Shown piece by piece: positions 49,901 to 60,931 of a DNA stretch of 64,000 nucleotides. A model generated the notes under the pieces. That model was not told the origin of the DNA and ran no database searches. It saw only the letters and a program-made list of their open reading frames with translations. Numbering within the stretch: the stretch's first letter is position 1; each line of letters starts with the position of its first letter. Source of the stretch: Callorhinchus milii (taxonomy: Eukaryota); contig NW_024704756.1 in NCBI RefSeq assembly GCF_018977255.1, forward strand, positions 9,734,001-9,798,000, given 5' to 3'. Position numbers and translations under genes: made by a program.

Positions 49901-52900
49901 TTTGTTTAGTTTTATTAAGCGGAACAACTTCCTGCCTTTATATAAATAGTTTGTTTTCATTATTTTGTTTCCTGCAGTTCAACAGAACCAGAGAGACCTT
50001 GAAGTATTTTCATCCCTCCCACTATGAAACAGATATTTTGTCTTTTTAAATGTAAAATACCCCAGCAATAAGGCTTTTTTTTCACAGAGAATGCGGATGG
50101 CAGTAAAATGAATGTGCATAATAATAAAACTACTGTCATTAACAATGTAATTACCTTAGAATAAGCATGGGGCTTAACAATTATTGTTTTTTAAAAAAGT
50201 GCTTTAATGAGAATTATTTCAAGTGTCCAGAACATTGCATTATTCCTCATTAAGTCTGAGTAGTCAGTGAGGTGGCTTGGAGCATTGTAAAGAGTGTCAG
50301 GATGTGGATCTACCATGCTCTCAGTCATGTTGATGGGCAGTAATTCTTACAAAGGTTAAGCAAGATCCAATTCACCTGTCCCCAGAAGTGACTGGCAACC
50401 AGCCTGAAAATCACCTAAACATGGATTTAGTGTTAAAAAATGATTCTTCATCTCATTTCAGCACCAAGTCAGAGCTGGTATGATTTTCTTTGTTTTGTTT
50501 GGTGTGTGATGAGTTTCCTCCCCCTCTACACTTGCTAATTCAATTCTCTACAACAGACTGTGTCCTCGGTGCTGAATACCTTGCAGAGCCTGAATAAAAG
50601 CAGCAAAGCAATCATGCATATCTTTAGCTACTCTGTCAGAGACTCTTGTGAGCAAGTGGGTAGACTGATTATTAACATGGCAACGTAGAAGCAGCACATT
50701 TGCTTCCAGAACTGCTACACAAGTATTAGTTATTTCATTGGTATTACTGCTTTTGCTACCAGGCCATTTAGTGAAACGCTAATAAAGCTTTTTGGCCGAA
50801 CCTGTTTAGCACCATTGTTCCAGTGTCTATTTAATTTGCTAGAACAATAGATTGAATGCCTAGTACGCTCCACCTCCCCCAAGTCCCAGCCATGTGACAA
50901 TATGATCATCCCATCTGGGCGGTTTAATTGAGTGTATTTCTTCATTATACACATTTTTAGCTTTGCCTCGTGGCTGAAAATGTTCACTGCAGAAATCTGC
51001 TCCCGTGGGGATTAAGATGAACTGATTAAATTTTTAGTGCAAACGATGCATGAATTTTCAAGATCAACCTTCTGTTAGTGAAACAGTTCCACCCTAATTA
51101 GATTGCTTATGATGTGGAAACAAAGCAGAGAAAATGTCCATTCAATGTAAAATGCAGCAGTAAGTCCCGAGATGACTGAGGAGTCAGACATATCAGTTTC
51201 AGACTGATTCTGAATAATACGTTCTACCTCTTTTTTTAATATTGCTGGCGTGAAGTGTTGCAGGATCTTGCTTATGAGCCCAGAAGAGATTAGGATTTAT
51301 TGAAAAAGCTGAATTTATACTGCAACGCTGTTGCTGGAAGAATGCTCTGCCGAAAGACAGTGAAATCTTTCAAGAGGGCATCCTTACAGCAAGTAAAAAT
51401 AGGGTTTCTGTGGCTACCATTTTGGAATTCAGGGGCAACCAGTCGCAAGTTTGGCCACTTCATCATTGCACTCTTTAGTTATAGTGAGGTGTCTTTAAAT
51501 AAGTATACAAGCTTAAAATGTTATTTGACTGAGATTTCTGACACATTGGCCTTGTTAAATATGCCTGTCTGATCGAAGTATAAATGTAGCTCCCAATGGC
51601 ACAGTTAGTAAAATGCATTGAGACATACAGACAATAAAGGTCTCAGGTTTGATTTATTAGGCTAGGTAACTTCTGTTTAGCAGCATTGTTGGTGCTACAA
51701 ATAGTCTTTCTGTCCTTGAACTGGGGGAAATAAGAGGAAAAAAAAGTCAGACTTTCCTGTTCTGATCCAAAGATGCGTACTGAAAATTACATGAATATGA
51801 ACATTGGCATCAGGCTTCAATGCAATATTGTAGAGCAATTGCCCGAGACATTCCACACAATTAAGAATGGATCTCATGGGCCAATGAATGTATGGTCACC
51901 ATAATGTACATTCATGTACAGGAAGTTTCATTATTCAGTTTTTCTTCTCATCAACTGGTCCATTTCTGAAAAATATTAGACTAATATTATTTAGAAATTC
52001 CGACACCACGGGCCAGCCACAGGTTCTATGGTGTTTAATTTTCAGTCTTGCTGAAACAAAGTTGTGACTTTCCCCACCGAACTACAGTTCAATAAGCTGA
52101 CAATTTTCTAATTGATATAGAAAGCACACAGAAAGCTTATAACATACTTGGAAAGTAAAAAGAAACCAAGAATGATGGGACACAACATTTCCAAAAGGTT
52201 TGTTGTTTGGATCCAGGCTTCCTTGGACTCTTGAAAAGGAGGGAATTATTACAGAATTTCAGCTTTACCATATACAGTACTTCATGTGTAATCAAATATA
52301 AAAATTATAAATGTTCAGATTTGGGGTGAACACAAAACAAGAACGAAATTCCTTTCTGTGTCCACTACCATGCACATTTAATATTTTCTCAGGATTTTAA
52401 TTGTTGAAATAGGTCAAAGGGACTTCAGCATCAAAGCTGCTGAAATTGCAAAACATGTTGGTCAAACAACAAAATTCAAATCAAACCCATTCTTAAACAA
52501 CCTATGTTGAATGAAGCCTTATCTCATTGCTTTCACAAATGCAAAATGAATGAAACTTTAACAATGGGGCTAATAATCACTTCTAAAAAATCACTAATTA
52601 AATAACTTAAGTAAATAATAATTTGTTCACTCAATCCAACTGCTGTATGTAATTGTTGCCATGTTTCGTCGATAAAATATACAGTCAATTCACTTACAGT
52701 ATATTCTGTGAAGCATTTCAAGACGTCTCAAAGGCATGATAAGGCACTATATCAAGTGCAAGTATTGTTATTATGAATGGTAAAAAGGTTTGTCATATAG
52801 AAAAAAGATTCATATATAAAAGGTTTTCCAAATTTGAAACATACAGATAGACAGCAATACCTCAGCAGCTAAGGACTGTTCAATTCATCAATGCAATCTG

Positions 52901-55900
52901 TGAGTCGTAGGAAATTGTCAATAAAGATGCATAACCGGGAGCAGAGTTCCTGGCTACAGATAAATACATTGGTGAGGCCATATTGTGAATATTAATTGTT
53001 AAATATGGTGCATGAGTCATTTAGACAAATTGTCATGTCTGCATACAAGTCTCCCTTATTTGCAACAAAATAGAAACATTTTATTACAGAGCCAGTATTT
53101 TCTTTATTTTTATTTGCAAACAATGTCACAGCCCATCTAACAGCTCTGTACTTCCTACAGCTTCCTTTTCTCCACCGATTGTTTCCACATGAATTGAAGC
53201 AATAAAGGAATCCATCTGTAAAAAGAATGCATATGAAGCTTGCTGATACCCTGGATGGCTCTATGCATGAATACACTGAATGGGGCTGTAATGAACTAAT
53301 CAAACCTAGAACGATCCAAGATCAATTTCTGGTCTGTGAAGAGTTAGCCATTTGTCAACAAGGGTTTGGGTTTAGTACTACAATTCACTCCACCAACGAA
53401 CCTCATCCATCTTTCTATTCTAAACCTTGTTTTAAGAATTAGATTTCAAAGGCTTCACCAATTTTAGTCCACCTCGTAGGTTCATATGCAATTTTGAAGG
53501 CAAGAGTCAATTTTTCTTAAAAATGAAAATCCATGGTAACAATTGATGGTAACAATGCCACTTTATTATTGCAACATCAGCCTAATAGAAACATGTACAA
53601 AATTACAGAAAACAATTAATGGAGTCAATCAACTGAATATGCTTTGAACAGAATCGTAAAGCATGCTTTCCAAATTAGGAAATTCTGAGCTAACCAAGTT
53701 TAAGCATACGGTTGCTTACTTGTGGAATAAGTCATTACTTAGTGCAGCACAAGGAACAATTTAGGTATAAGGGGATGGAAAGGACTATAAACCTAAATCT
53801 CTTGAACAATAATATTGCATTGGTTGAAGTTCATAACAATGAACCTTTGATATAAAAGCTCCCCAAGTACCAATAGGAGTGGTAGAGTGACCTTAATGTG
53901 CTGAATGTCCCTTTATCTTCTTGTTATATTCACAGCCTTGCTCCCTCCTACCTCTCCGACCTACTATCCCCCTACCTACCTGCCCGTACCCTCCGCTCCT
54001 CTGGTTCCGGTCTGGTCCACATCCGCCGCCCCAACCACCCTACCATCGGTGGCCGGTCCTTCAGCCTCTCAGCCCCGAGGCTCTGGAACTCCATCCCCCA
54101 GTGCCTTCGCCGCCTCCTCCCTTTCCTCCTTCAAGGCCGGTCTCAAGACCATTCTCTTTGACCATACCTTCAGCTCCCCTCTCGACTCTCTACCCCCTCC
54201 TCGCTCCCTCCCTTCCCTCCCCTCACCCTGACCACTTCCCCACTGCTCGGGTCCCAACCCAACTGTCCAGCGCCTTGGGACGTCCTCCCGACGTGAAAGG
54301 CGCTCTATAAATGGAATCTTGTTGTTGTGTCGCTGAGAAGCAAGTTCTGTACCCCAGTTCTTGGCAACAATATTCATTGCATATAAAGCAATCCATAAGA
54401 AGTGTGCTCCCAAGTCAATACTTTTGTTGCCACATTCAAATAATATTTTCACTTGAAGATTGAAATGTAGCATTATAACTTTCTTCTTGGCATTTTTTTT
54501 TGTTTTTAAATTCAGAATAGACAAATGCAAGTATTTTTCAGTTGATCAGATTCATTTCTTCCCAGGGAGCAGGGACTGTTTGTTATTGGCTCAGATGTTG
54601 TTAAGGGGGAAATCAGCTTGACAGCTGAGTGGTATTTTGTCAGTTAAGAATAGAGAATAGAACAAAAATATTCATTGAACCAACAATCTGAGGCAAGATA
54701 GGCAGTATCTGGCTTCAAATGTTTTGGTGTTTATATGAAACAACATTTGAGAGGATCAAAACAGAAATGTCATAGCTATTGGGATACATTGGCAATTGAC
54801 AACACTGGTCTGTTACACAGCAGCAGGCAACTGTTCTGTAAGAAAACATCTGCAAACTGGAAATTAACTTTCTCTGCTACACCTCCTGACCACTGGAGTG
54901 GATGGATGTAGGTATGAATGTACTCTGATGCATTATGGATTTCAACAATTTTGTTTTTCACATTCCATTTATTATATTACATTCCATATTTCTTGCATTT
55001 GTTATAGCACTTTTCACACTGGGTGAATGTCTGATAACACTTCACGGGATATACTATAACATACAGTGAATGTGCATTTTGTAGGCGGCCTATTTGAGCA
55101 CAGGACAGCAATGTCCCATAAACAGTCATGAAGTGAATGACCAGTTTTATTTGGGGGATTATTGGGCAGAATACTGGGAGAAACTCCCACCCTATTACCT
55201 ATTAATCTCATTGTAAAAAGAAGCCTTATTGTGTTTTAAGGCTCCAATTGGATTTTTCTATTTTATTTCATTTTAATAATTACTTTTTTGCCAGAGTTAA
55301 TTAGTGGATACAACAAACAACTGAATTAAAGCACCATTCTTCACAGAGCAATTCAGAAATAAAGAGATTTAAATCAATGGAGCACACTTCTTAAATCAAC
55401 TCCAGCCCTTTGGGACATTCTCCCGACATAAAAGGGACTAATAAATGTAACTGCGTTGCTATTATTGAAATACAGTATTTTTTGTGCAGGAAAGACTCCA
55501 AAATGGCAAGATCTAAATATGTTGTCCTACATACTTTTCCCCTTCTCTATACATTCAGTATGTTAAAATTGAATCCAACAAGCTGATTCCTTTCCAAGAC
55601 CTCAAGTCCATTCAGCTACTTACCTCCCCCAACCACTCCTTACCTCCCCCAACCACTCCTTACCTCCCCCAACCACTCCTAACCTCCCCCAACCACTCCT
55701 TACCTCCCTCAAATGCTCCAAAGGGACCTGCACTATGAGTTTGGTTTGGTTTCTCACTTAAAAAGCAGAAGCAGCATTCGATTTTCTTTTAGTGAAAAAG
55801 AGCAAATTCATATTTTTGGGATCCATTCTTAAAAGTTTGCATTTGGAGTCTTTTATACCACACAATTTTCACAGTAAATAANTTTTTTTTGAAATACTTT

Positions 55901-58900
55901 AAAAGACAATTTAGCTAAAATATATCATTCACTGCACTGTAGTTCTTTCTAATTCAATTGACAAACATTGGCAGCATTTGTTCCTCTTCTGTACACAGTG
56001 CTGATAATCCATCCAAACACTCTATTGCCGTGACCACCTTGAAGGATTGTTTGGCAGCACATTGATTGCACCACTGCAGTATAAATATTGCAGATTTAGA
56101 CTCTGACCTGAACTGGCTCCTTAAAACACTTTGACAGTCCAAAGGACCATGTTTAACACTACAGTCAGTTTTGCAACTGGCACATTTAAAACACTGAAAT
56201 AATTAATACCGAACAATTCACTCAGCATTTGGGTAATGTGTACAAATGAAGAAGTCCACTCAATATTGTTCCACTCCTCCAAGGAATATTGCTGCACAGC
56301 AGTTATAAACAGAGCAAAAGATTTAAAAGAGCACATGCTTATAATAATAATATTATCAAGCAGCAGGCTATTCACTGCAAAAATATCCACAGAATTCAGT
56401 AATTAGATTTCACCCAATCGAGAGACCTCGCATTCATGCTCTGCCCAGTTCAGCTTCCCCCCACTTCCATAACATTGCACATCTTCATCACTAGCTCTCC
56501 CTGGACTGCCAAGACTTTAATCCACACATTCATCATGTCCAGGCTGAATTAAGCCAACTCTACTTGCCAGACTACCTGCCTGTTGCCTTCACAAGCTGCA
56601 CAGTTATCCAGAAAAATTGTGTACTTTCATACACTGGGATTTGTAGGACCTACCATCCCCATTCCTTAGAGGATTGAGTTCTAACCTTTAAATCCCTGCA
56701 TGGTCTAACCCCACCCTTCCACTGCGAACTCCTCAAACCCTACCAACCCAGCCACCCAGAAGCCCTCGCTCTACTTGCACCACCATTGGTGATTAGATTT
56801 CCAAATATCTGGTCTCACTCTCTAGGACTCCATCCTGATCTCTTTAAGGTCCACCTCAAGACCTTTCTTTTTGACCAAGTTTTCGGCCATTCTTTGCCCC
56901 CCACTCATCCCCCACCCCTTCATACCCACACCCAGCTCTGTGCAAACCCTGAACTGCCCAGCACCTTAGATAGTGTAGTGTGTTTCATATCATTTAAGGC
57001 TGCACTTTAAACCCAAAATATGGAAATAATATCATTCAAAGTACTTCCTACATTGTGCTTCTTTTAAGAAGATAATTAGTTGAAAATATTCCATGTGTTC
57101 ACCAAAATGGAAAAAACAGCCAAGACTTATATTAATACCAATATTTTCATGTTGAATGTTTGTTTATATTTTGTAACAATGAAAAAATATTTATCCATCT
57201 CTGATCTGGTACTACTGAAAATTCCAATTAATGTACTAGAATTGAGGAACAAATAATTTATTCAAGGCCAAGATAATAACAGGTGCTGAAGTGTGGAAAT
57301 CGATCATTTTTCAAGAATCCTAGTTTCTACCAAATAATTTTTGTTTTCTTTGCCAACAGAATCACTAGATTTCAAAAAAAACAAATTCTCTAATGCTGAT
57401 CTTAATTAACCGAGCCTGTACCATCTACACACTGACTCTCTCTCTCTCTCTCTCCCCCAGTTAACAATGCAAGAATCTCAAAAGAGCAAGGCAGTGAATG
57501 GAAGAGAAGTCAAGTGATCCATCATCGTCTCCTCAGCACCAATTAAAAACTGTTCTCTTTGGCACTGAGCATACCAGGATATTCCCAGCCCAATAGTGCT
57601 TCCTGTCTCTGCAAAACTGATGGTGGGAGGAAGCAGGAAAACATCAGCCAGGAACAAAAGGAAGACTAGCCAGAGGGACGTTTGAGTTCACAAGGCATTG
57701 CTACAAAGGTTTGCTTAAAAAAAGCAAAAATTGTCGCAGCTCATGACACAGCTTGATTTCTGCGATCTTTTCAGTCCTATCCTTCTACACTCTAACTATA
57801 GATCTTTCTACTTCTTATTACAGCTCAATTGGACTTTCAAGAGCAAACCATACAATATATGCACACTGACACAATGGGGTAACTGAAATTAATGCCTCTA
57901 CAAGTGTGGGGTAAATACTGCCTTACAAATTCATTAAGCCCATCACTTTCCTTCTGACGGTAATGTGCATTAATGTTTAGGGAAAATATAACTTTTCTTT
58001 CACAACATATAGGCTATTTTATTATGGTAAAGAGCAGTTGCTGGATTTCACTCTGAGCCTAAAATGCTCGATAAATCATCAAAACGAATTACACTTCATA
58101 ACTACTACTTTCATAATGAAAATTATTTTGTTACCGTGTATCTATCCAGAATTAATAAAAGACAAGCATCGGAGAAGTGTTCCCTGGAAATATGGTAGGA
58201 TTAGGGAGTCAGAAATGTGTAATAGACTTGCTATTCAACTCGCAATCGATCTTGAGTGCCTCAGCCAAACTAAAAATTACATTAATATTATGTAATATAT
58301 TAGACTACATGATCCCCTTCCTTCGGTCATCTTCCCATCCCCACTGGCCCCATCCCTCTCGAATACAATCCCCACCTCAGGTGCAAACCTTCAACTGCCC
58401 GGCGCTTTGACATGTCCTCCCAATGTGAAAGGCGCTATCTAAATGCAACTTGTTTGTTTTGGAAGGACCAAAAACAAATTCATATTACAATTTGCTACGC
58501 ACAAATCAGACTGTCCTACATAGTCGTGCTAATCTTTTAAAAGCAGAATAAAAAGGTTCATACACAACATGCATTGCAGAGCAACAAGACTCAAATTACA
58601 GGACTTTTAAATTAAAAACAGCAGGCAACAAATTTTTGTACATTTGAAAATGGCATCTAGAAGCTTGCTCACAAATGATAATTTGTCAAAATCAGTGTTC
58701 TCGGCAACCAGGTTAAAGAAGAGAAAGGCTTGGTCTTCACAAAGTATTCCCTCACACTGATCGGTTTCCCCACATCACCCTTATCTCCATATATTCTTGC
58801 TTTTGATTGTTTTTGTTTTTTCAGAAAAAAATTGTTTTTAACCTCGACACACTCAAACACCAGGACACATTATTTTTTTCTCTCTGTAGACCTTACTTAA

Positions 58901-59488
58901 ACCTGAAAAATGGAAGCACTGTCAAATCTCTAAAACTCTTTAAGATTCTTCACATATGCATGTGCCAAGGCACACTGTACAAAATGCCAAGAGGACAAGC
59001 GGAGATAAAAATGCTAACAATTTAACCAGGACACCTGGTGGCACACAGCGGTAAAATAGAAAAAAAACGGAATGCAGGGATCGAGGATCGGTAACAATGG
59101 TGCTGAAATGCACAAGGCATCGTTGCATAAATGCCGGGGAAAAAAAACACTGCACAATGCATTATTTAGATCTGGTATTCTAACCTTAACAACCAACAAA
59201 AACAGGCAGAACCCTCTCAAAAAAAATACAATGCTTCCTGGATTGTAGATAAAATATAACATCCCAGCTGGCTGTCCTAAACCATCAACCCACTACTTAT
59301 GGCTAAAAAGTATGTTACTGAATATTACATTACAGAGCACCAACACACAAAACAAACAGGAATTTAACCAGATGATATTCATGAACTTACATGTATGCTG
59401 GAGTCAGTGTCGTTGTCCTAGATGGTTTAAGCACAGAAACCGGGAATTTCCAGTTAGTGGGATTACTCGTTTTCCATTTCAATGGCAT
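31477..59488 (-). CDS. KLHL13: Kelch-like protein 13 (KLHL13/KLHL9 pro-orthologue), 7 coding exons, 655 aa
   Basis: Manual splice: 98+142+133+197+796+114+488 = 1968 nt, open frame from ATG (59488) to TAG (31477-31479). The protein runs MPLKWKTS...SLVEDED...[16 protein letters not shown] (BTB)...BACK...Kelch repeats...[10 protein letters not shown] and matches recalled vertebrate KLHL13 in sequence and length. Confidence 0.96.
32615..32728 (-). CDS. KLHL13: KLHL13 coding exon 6 ([38 protein letters not shown])
   Basis: Absent from the ORF track. Acceptor caacag|CC, donor G|gtaaat; 114 nt; Kelch repeat sequence; phases match both neighbours. Confidence 0.95.
32823..33145 (-). mobile_element. 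Young full-length SINE copy in KLHL13 intron 5
   Basis: Same sequence as the 17273 copy. Possible TSD CATTCAA (32818-32824 / 33149-33155). Ends about 95 nt from the exon 6 acceptor. Confidence 0.92.
33372..33927 (-). mobile_element. Decayed, internally deleted L2 ORF2 fragment
   Basis: Minus-strand remnants of [25 protein letters not shown] and of the RT-proximal KTAV...LKKPS...NY.PIS motif. Confidence 0.75.
34424..34637 (+). mobile_element. 5'-truncated young SINE
   Basis: Body and tail nearly identical to the reverse complement of the 32823 copy; no tRNA head. Confidence 0.9.
34765..34925 (-). mobile_element. Deu-domain SINE fragment
   Basis: TCAGTTTAACACCTCATCCGAAGGACAGCACCT matches the Deu core in reverse. 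Confidence 0.6.
35140..35450 (-). mobile_element. Full-length SINE, somewhat older subfamily
   Basis: Same architecture, with diagnostic differences in the head and a small deletion in the tail. Confidence 0.9.
38265..38376 (-). mobile_element. SINE 3' fragment
   Basis: Tail match; possible TSD GTATTA (38261-38266 / 38379-38384). Confidence 0.85.
38945..39125 (-). mobile_element. Ancient SINE relic (AmnSINE2-like, from memory)
   Basis: CAACCAAGCCTAATCTTGTCCTC...CACATTTCAGCAGG...TGAGGCATTTTGTAG. Related relics lie near 17105-17265 (+), 25100-25290 (-), 26205-26320 (-), 51585-51670 (+) and 57560-57655 (+). Confidence 0.4.
39574..39690 (+). mobile_element. SINE 3' fragment
   Basis: GTGAAGCGCTTTGAGATGTCTCG...TATATCAAATGCAAGGATTATT. 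Confidence 0.8.
39943..40738 (-). CDS. KLHL13: KLHL13 coding exon 5 (VSLDNCVEV...GGRNAAGEL), BACK domain and first Kelch repeats
   Basis: Acceptor ttctag|G, donor G|gtaggt; 796 nt; overlaps the 260-aa ORF with Kelch GG/Y/W motifs. Confidence 0.97.
41257..41381 (+). mobile_element. Penelope-like terminal-repeat fragment with a decayed hammerhead core and 15-bp flanking duplication
   Basis: AAAGATCCCATTCTG occurs at 41257-41271 and 41367-41381. The interior carries CTCCATAGATGCTGCCTGACCTGCTGAGTGTTCCCAGC, recalled as an abundant chondrichthyan repeat. Confidence 0.7.
41470..41691 (+). mobile_element. Unclassified CpG-retaining element with an L2-type tail
   Basis: Ends GCACTCCGAGACGAATGAAGGGCACGATATAAATGCAAA(TTG)n; body unlike the other SINEs here. 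Confidence 0.55.
41839..42035 (-). CDS. KLHL13: KLHL13 coding exon 4 ([12 protein letters not shown]...CKVFLISG), BTB C-part
   Basis: Acceptor aacaag|GT (less common AAG acceptor), donor GGG|gtaaga; 197 nt. Confidence 0.95.
42762..42894 (-). CDS. KLHL13: KLHL13 coding exon 3 ([44 protein letters not shown]), BTB N-part
   Basis: Acceptor ttgtag|G, donor G|gtaaga; 133 nt; BTB motifs CDVTL and HR..M.S.SDYF.AMF. Confidence 0.96.
44164..44300 (-). mobile_element. L2 3' UTR fragment of the same family, just inside KLHL13 intron 2
   Basis: Reverse complement matches roughly 54185-54325; 7-bp TSD GTTTCAA (44157-44163 / 44299-44305). Confidence 0.88.
44352..44493 (-). CDS. KLHL13: KLHL13 coding exon 2 ([12 protein letters not shown]...SSTVLQ)
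   Basis: Acceptor ctgcag|A, donor CAG|gtacaa; 142 nt; lies inside ORF 44160..44519. Confidence 0.95.
46225..46312 (+). mobile_element. Older copy of the same Penelope-like terminal repeat
   Basis: AAACATTAACC...CAGATGCT...ACCTGCTG...TCCAGCATTTTCT. Confidence 0.55.
47371..47423 (+). mobile_element. Short SINE tail fragment
   Basis: GCTTTGAGACGTCTCAAAGATGTGATAAGGTTCTATATCAAATGCAAGG. Confidence 0.75.
52620..52775 (+). mobile_element. Degraded SINE 3' half
   Basis: AATATACAGTCAATTCACTTACAGTATATTCTGTGAAG...CTATATCAAGTGCAAG. Confidence 0.8.
53931..54328 (+). mobile_element. L2-clade LINE 3' end (ORF2 C-terminus plus 3' UTR), young
   Basis: [24 protein letters not shown]...[17 protein letters not shown], then a frameshift near 54110 to [12 protein letters not shown], which are typical L2 ORF2 terminal motifs; tail ...ATAAATGGAATC(TTG)n. 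Confidence 0.9.
54988..55200 (-). mobile_element. Deu-domain SINE 3' half, degraded
   Basis: CTTGCATTTGTTATAGCAC...CAATGTCCCATAAACAG...TGGGAGAAACTCCC. Confidence 0.65.
55619..55712. repeat. 20-bp minisatellite (TACCTCCCCCAACCACTCCT) x ~4.6
   Basis: Direct tandem copies with one substitution in unit 4. Confidence 0.95.
56450..57005 (+). mobile_element. Old L2 ORF2 C-terminal/3' UTR fragment
   Basis: Remnants of [14 protein letters not shown] and [14 protein letters not shown]; C-rich 3' UTR. Confidence 0.7.
57436..57454. repeat. (CT)n microsatellite
   Basis: About 9 CT units. Confidence 0.85.
58315..58460 (+). mobile_element. L2 3' UTR/tail fragment
   Basis: CTCAGGTGCAAACCTTCAACTGCCCGGCGCTTTGAC...GGCGCTATCTAAATGCAACTTGTT. 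Confidence 0.75.
59391..59488 (-). CDS. KLHL13: KLHL13 coding exon 1 ([32 protein letters not shown]+AT)
   Basis: Absent from the ORF track. Start context aacaacATG (A at -3), donor AT|gtaagt, phase 2 fits exon 2. Resembles the recalled human N-terminus [33 protein letters not shown]. Confidence 0.9.
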
Positions 59489-60931
59489 GTTGTTATAAAG
59501 ATACTACGATACCAGGGAGAAGCATTTCCGTAACAGACTTCCAGCTAGGAGCTCCATACCAGACAGACTGTACACAGTGGCTGCAGCTTAGAACACGTGA
59601 ATAATTCTGGCACTGCTCTTAAGCTAATGTTTCAATTGGTGTATTTAGCAGAAGAGGACTGCAAGACATTTCTTTCCTGAATCCTTTGTCTGACTGAAGC
59701 ATATAACGTGCTTCTATCATCCTAGCTCAACAATAGTGCCACCTTGTTAGAAAAAAGCCCTGACTGCAACACACAGACTGATTCTCTGAAGCAGCATATT
59801 ACAGCTTTGTTTACCAGCACACTGCTACAGTAAGATAAGGGTATGCAGAAGCAATGCTACCTGTAAGAAGATCTGCAATGAAGCAGTAAATTATTCAGAG
59901 TTTACACCCTTTATTTCAGTAAGATTTGATCAGTCATGTACAAAAAAAACACAAAAGGATCATGTGGTATATCTGACTCACCAACATACCTACTCAGAAT
60001 GCACTTGTCATCCTCTTTAAATTCTTCTTTTGGGCTGCAACAATACAAATGGGATATAAATTTCAGCATAGCCTTGGGCCACTGTTAATAGTCATCAGGG
60101 AACAAAATCAGCAGCCCGATTTCCTCCTGTAAAAGCTCCAGATAAACATAGCTTCAATGCTATTATGGAAAAAGCCTAAATCCATTATAACAGTCCACCT
60201 CAGCCATAATACAGGGTCCAAGATGTCAAAAAATCTGACTTGATGCAATGTCCTGGATGCACGTCTAATGACTGCTGCTCAGTATGCTTTTGTTTCCCAC
60301 ATACTGCTTGCCGAGCACGATACCCAAGCATTTTACTACATGCTGTATTACATGACTCTCATTCCACATCTTCTGCAGGGGAACAGGGCTTGCAGTATGT
60401 TCCAGCAGTCACAATCAGCAGTGCTATTAACGGTCCAATTCAACAGCTCTCGAATACCTCATAAACCACTTGGAGTTTCTAGCGGAGCAGTCGGTCAAGC
60501 AGGTGGCCACCTGGGACCACTCTGCAGTAGTGTGGTGAGCGGGTGATCCCAGGAGCTGACTGACAGAGTACTTAATGATAAAAAAGAGCATGTGTCTTCT
60601 TAAATAAGAGCTTGGAAGGCACTACATTAATAAATATTTTACTGACCTTTTTTTTAAAAATGATTACTGACATTTCGCTGTTTGATTTTAAAGGAGACGG
60701 TACTCTGCGGATAGCCTCGACTCGCCAAGAATTCAAAACGATCAAAATATTTTCCATCACATTTGAAAATCTATAAGCCACATATCAATTCATCTTTACA
60801 TATTCTTTAGGCCTTTTAAAAAAAAGCCGAATACTACTACAAAGGTGGATCCTTGATGATCTGTCATAATAGGAGGAACACCCCTTTGGTGAATAATTCA
60901 CATTACCATCTTATCATACTGAAGTTCCATA

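Noticed and set aside
53898-54530. Four overlapping ORFs, some proline-rich
   Set aside because: Frameshifted L2 ORF2 end and C-rich 3' UTR; not a host gene.
55619-55712. CRISPR-like array
   Set aside because: Head-to-tail tandem units without unique spacers, in a vertebrate intron with no cas genes.
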